NCBI GenBank assembly: GCA_963707505.1
Contig: CAVPQB010000004.1
Coordinates: 384,001-448,000, forward strand
Direction: 5' to 3'
DNA: 64,000 bases
From: an uncultured Gemmatimonadales bacterium
GTDB lineage: Bacteria; Gemmatimonadota; Gemmatimonadetes; Gemmatimonadales; Gemmatimonadaceae
Every line of letters begins with the position of its first letter. Position 1 is the first letter of the stretch. Of this stretch, positions 60,630 through 64,000 are shown in pieces. A model generated the notes under the pieces. It did not search any database. It worked only from the letters and a program-made list of their open reading frames with translations, and was not told the DNA's origin. A program made the position numbers and the translations under genes.

Positions 60630-62144
60630 TTTTCGTTGTCGGAGCGGGGCCGGATCTTCCGGGTTTGCTCACCGTGCGAGGCAGGGAGCTGCTCGGCACT
60701 GCTGACGCTGTAGTGTATGACCGCCGCGCGCAGCGAAAGCTCATTCCCGGTGGCGTTGCGGGCGGTCCCGAGCGCTATTACGTCGGATCGCGCTCGAAGG
60801 GCGGGCGCCCGGCGTCCTCTGACGTAGCACAACTGCTCGTCACGCTCGCACGTCAGGAAATGCGCGTTGTGTATCTCGTGCATGGTGATCCGCTCGCGCT
60901 TGGTCGCGGAAGCGAGCTGGTCACAGCTCTGCACGATGCGAGCGTCGAATTCGAGATCATTCCTGGCGTGCCGGTCGGAAACGCGGTCGCGACGTATTCC
61001 GGAATTCCGCTGTTGTCGCCGACGATGACCTCGGCGACGATCTTTGCGAGCGGTCGGAGCGCCGCACGCGGTGGTGCGAATACTGATTGGGCCGCGATTG
61101 CAAGAATCGGAGCTACGGTCGTCGTAAGTGATGCGACCGCGGTTCTCCCGGCGCTAATTACGGGCTTTGCAGTAGCTGGCATTCCGGGCGAGATTCCGGC
61201 GGCTGCGATCGTTCACGCTGGACGCGCGTCACAGCGTGTCATCATCGCGACACTTGGGACCATCTCGAATGAGATAGTGCGTGCCGGATTATTACGCTCG
61301 GTGACCGTCGTGATCGGGTGGACGGTGCTGTTGCGCGACGAGCTTGCGTGGTTCGACAATCGCCCGCTGTTCGGCGTGCGTGTCGTATTTGCACGGTCAC
61401 GCTACGGCTCGCGTGCGGTCGCGGATCGTTTGAGCGAGCTTGGTGCGGCGGTGATTGAAGTTCCCCTTCCGCGGATCACACGCCTCGACCTGACTCAGCT
61501 GCGCGAAGAGATAGAGGCGAATCGCTGAGTACGAATGGCTCGTGTTCTCGAGTCCTGACGCGGTGAACACATTCTGGGAGCATCTCGTTCTGAGCGGCAG
61601 GGACACCCGATCTCTATCCAATGCGAAGATCGCGTGCGTCGAGCCGGCGACCGCTGCTGCCTTGCTGGATCGTGGCATAACGGTCGATGTGGTCCAGGAT
61701 CGTTTCGACCCGGTCGCGCTCACCGACGCACTGTCGGAGCGATCCGACATTCCGGGCGCATCGATGTTGTATCTCGCCGATGATGCTACCGCCGAGCCAT
61801 TCGCCCGCGACCTGGAACAGACAGGCGCGACTGTCACATCGCTCCCTCTGTATCGCGAAGTGCCAAACGAGAAAGCGTATGCACGTTTGCGCCGAGTGCT
61901 TGGCGAGCACCATTCGAGCCTGGTGGTGGCGATGTCGCCCGCAGCTGCAGAGGAGTATGTTCGTGCCGCTGGGGAACACGTGATAGGTTCGGTTCCTGCG
62001 GCCGCGTACGACGACGCGACGGCTCAGGTTCTGCGCGATGCTGGGATCGACGTCACGATCATTCCGGCAAAGCCGGGTACAGATTCCTTCGTCGAGGGAA
62101 TCCGCTCGAAATTCGGGACGGTAAGGCCGGACGTCCTGAGTTAA
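60611..62144 (+). CDS. Uroporphyrinogen-III C-methyltransferase/synthase (CobA-HemD) fusion, divergent; frameshift ~61520
   Basis: VGAGP...LLTVRG...ADAVVYD, GDP...GRG, IIPGV, WFDNRPLFG linker, WLVFSSPDAV HemD part. Confidence 0.8.
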
Positions 62145-62164
62145 ACCCAAACACGGACGAGAAT

Positions 62165-64000
62165 TTGACGCACACTTTCGCGTTCAACGAAGTCGGCAGC
62201 CGTAAGCGGAGCAGCTTTGCGCCTGTGGTCAGGGCCAGCGCACTCGCGTTGGCCTTCGCTTCGTGTCGCTCGCCGAACGCGAGCTCGCCACCGTCGTCGG
62301 GTAATGCGGGAGTGCCGGAGGGGCAGGCAGTTCTTCCCACAGGGGTTCGGCTCGATCCCGCAGCCGCATCGGTATCACTCGGCTCCATGCCACTGGCAAT
62401 GACATTATCGCCAGAGGGCGACAGAGTCGTCGTGCTGCTCAACGGATGGCGGGAGCAGGGATTTCAGATTGTCGATCGGGCTTCCGGCAGGGTCGTGCAG
62501 ACTGTGTCACAAGCGGCGGCGTTTATCGGCGTGGCGTTTTCGCCTGACGGAAAAACGCTTTACGTATCGGGCGGAAATCAGGACGTGGTGTACCGCTACG
62601 CGTGGCACGATGGCACTGTGTCGTTGACTGATAGTCTGGTGCTTGCGGTCAAGTCGCCAAGGAAATCCGGCACGAGATATCCTGCCGGACTTGCGCCGTC
62701 ACGTGACGGACGATTGTTGTATGTGGCGGAGAACACAGCGGACTCGTTGGCTGTAATCGACCTCGCGAGCGGGCGCGTTGTGCAGCGCCTCGCGACCGAA
62801 CGCTATCCGTACAGCGTCGTCACCGCCCCTGACGGCACGGTGTACGTGTCGGGCTGGGGCGGGAATACGGTGTCTGTATTTCAGCCGGATGGCTCGACGT
62901 CGCTCAAGGACGCCGGACGCATGGTTGTCGATCGGCATCCATCGGCGCTGCAGCTGACTGCGGATGGATCGCGCCTGTTCGTTGCGTCCGGAAGTACAGA
63001 TCGCATCTCGGTACTCGACACGAAGAGCCGCAAGGTGATAACGCGTCTGCTCGATCCGCCACCGACGGGGCCCGCGGAGGGAAGCACACCGAATGCGCTG
63101 GCGCTTTCGAGCGACGGGACACGACTTTTCGCGGCTGAAGCAGATAACAACGCAGTTGCAATATTCGATCTGAGCGCAGAGGTAGCGGGTGTCCCGGGGG
63201 CGCATGGTGCGGATCGGCTGGTCGGGCGCATTCCCGTGGACTGGTATCCCACAGCGGTCTATGCGGCGCAGGACACGCTCATCGTGCTGAGTGGGAAGGG
63301 TCATGGCACGGCGCCCAATCGCGGACGGGCCGGATCCGCATCATCCAACGCCAAAGGGCTCACATGCCTACACGCTCGGGCAGACGTCTGGATCACTGAT
63401 GACGTTGACGCTGGCTCGCGCCGATTCGGCAACGCTCGCGCCGCTTTCGGCGCGGGTTGCTCGTGCGCAAGGTTGGGATGCGACCTCACACACCGGCAGC
63501 TCAACGACGTATCCGCCGTTCGAGCACGTGATTTACGTAATCAAGGAGAATCGTACCTACGATCAGGTGTTGGGCGATCTGCCGATCGGCGATGGAGATA
63601 CTTCACTCGTATTCTTCCCGCGAAAGGTGTCGCCCAATCATCACGCGCTGGCGGAGCGGTTCGGAGATTTCGATCGCTTCTTCACCAACGCGGAAGTAAG
63701 TGCCGACGGGCATAACTGGTCCACGGCTGCCTACGCGACTGATTATCTGGAGAAGACGGTCCCAAGCCAGTATTCCGGTCGTGGCCGGAGCTACGACTAC
63801 GAGGGAACGAACGGCGGATACGACAGCGCCGACATTCACGATGACGATGTGAGCGAGCCTGCACGGGGCTACCTGTGGGATCTCGCAGAGCGCGCGCATA
63901 TCACGCTACGCAACTATGGTGAGTTTGTCGTGCGCGACACCGCCAACGGCCGCATAGTGTACGTCGGTGACAAACCGTTTCTCGCGACCCACACCAACCC
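62165..64000 (+). CDS. YncE-type beta-propeller / phosphoesterase (alkaline phosphatase superfamily) lipoprotein; frameshift ~63330, truncated by window end
   Basis: LAFASC lipobox, propeller repeats, GRIPVDWYP, then FEHVIYVIKENRTYDQVLGD and SADGHNW in the next frame. Confidence 0.85.

Overview
GC-rich bacterial chromosomal segment, probably Gemmatimonadota (inferred from gene content and synteny; not verified). It carries mostly core genes: sucB-LOG-lpdA, a class II uvrA, gyrA, a GAF-GGDEF cyclase, a lysine 6-dehydrogenase-like gene, dacB, a caa3-type cytochrome c oxidase operon, aspA, leuS, two DUF1800 genes, an ECF sigma/anti-sigma/Spy-like triad, TetR-TolC-EmrA, metH plus yitJ, a two-component system, a PEP-CTERM gene, nth, a cyclophilin, ccmABCD and a cobA/hemD fusion. 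A vapBC-type toxin-antitoxin pair and REP-like palindromes are also present. Many conserved genes are split by single indels, most likely long-read assembly errors. I found no rRNA, tRNA, CRISPR array, transposase or integrase. The most interesting signals are mostly non-coding: (1) a sigma70 promoter, 34-codon leader ORF and mutually exclusive 1:2 / 2:3 / 3:4 hairpins (attenuator) before the lysine-dehydrogenase-like gene; (2) a SAM-II riboswitch with a terminator/antiterminator platform before metH; (3) a sigma54-driven structured leader with a terminator before the PEP-CTERM gene; (4) a shared ECF-type promoter before both DUF1800 genes; (5) an exported prolyl-oligopeptidase beta-propeller with no catalytic domain.
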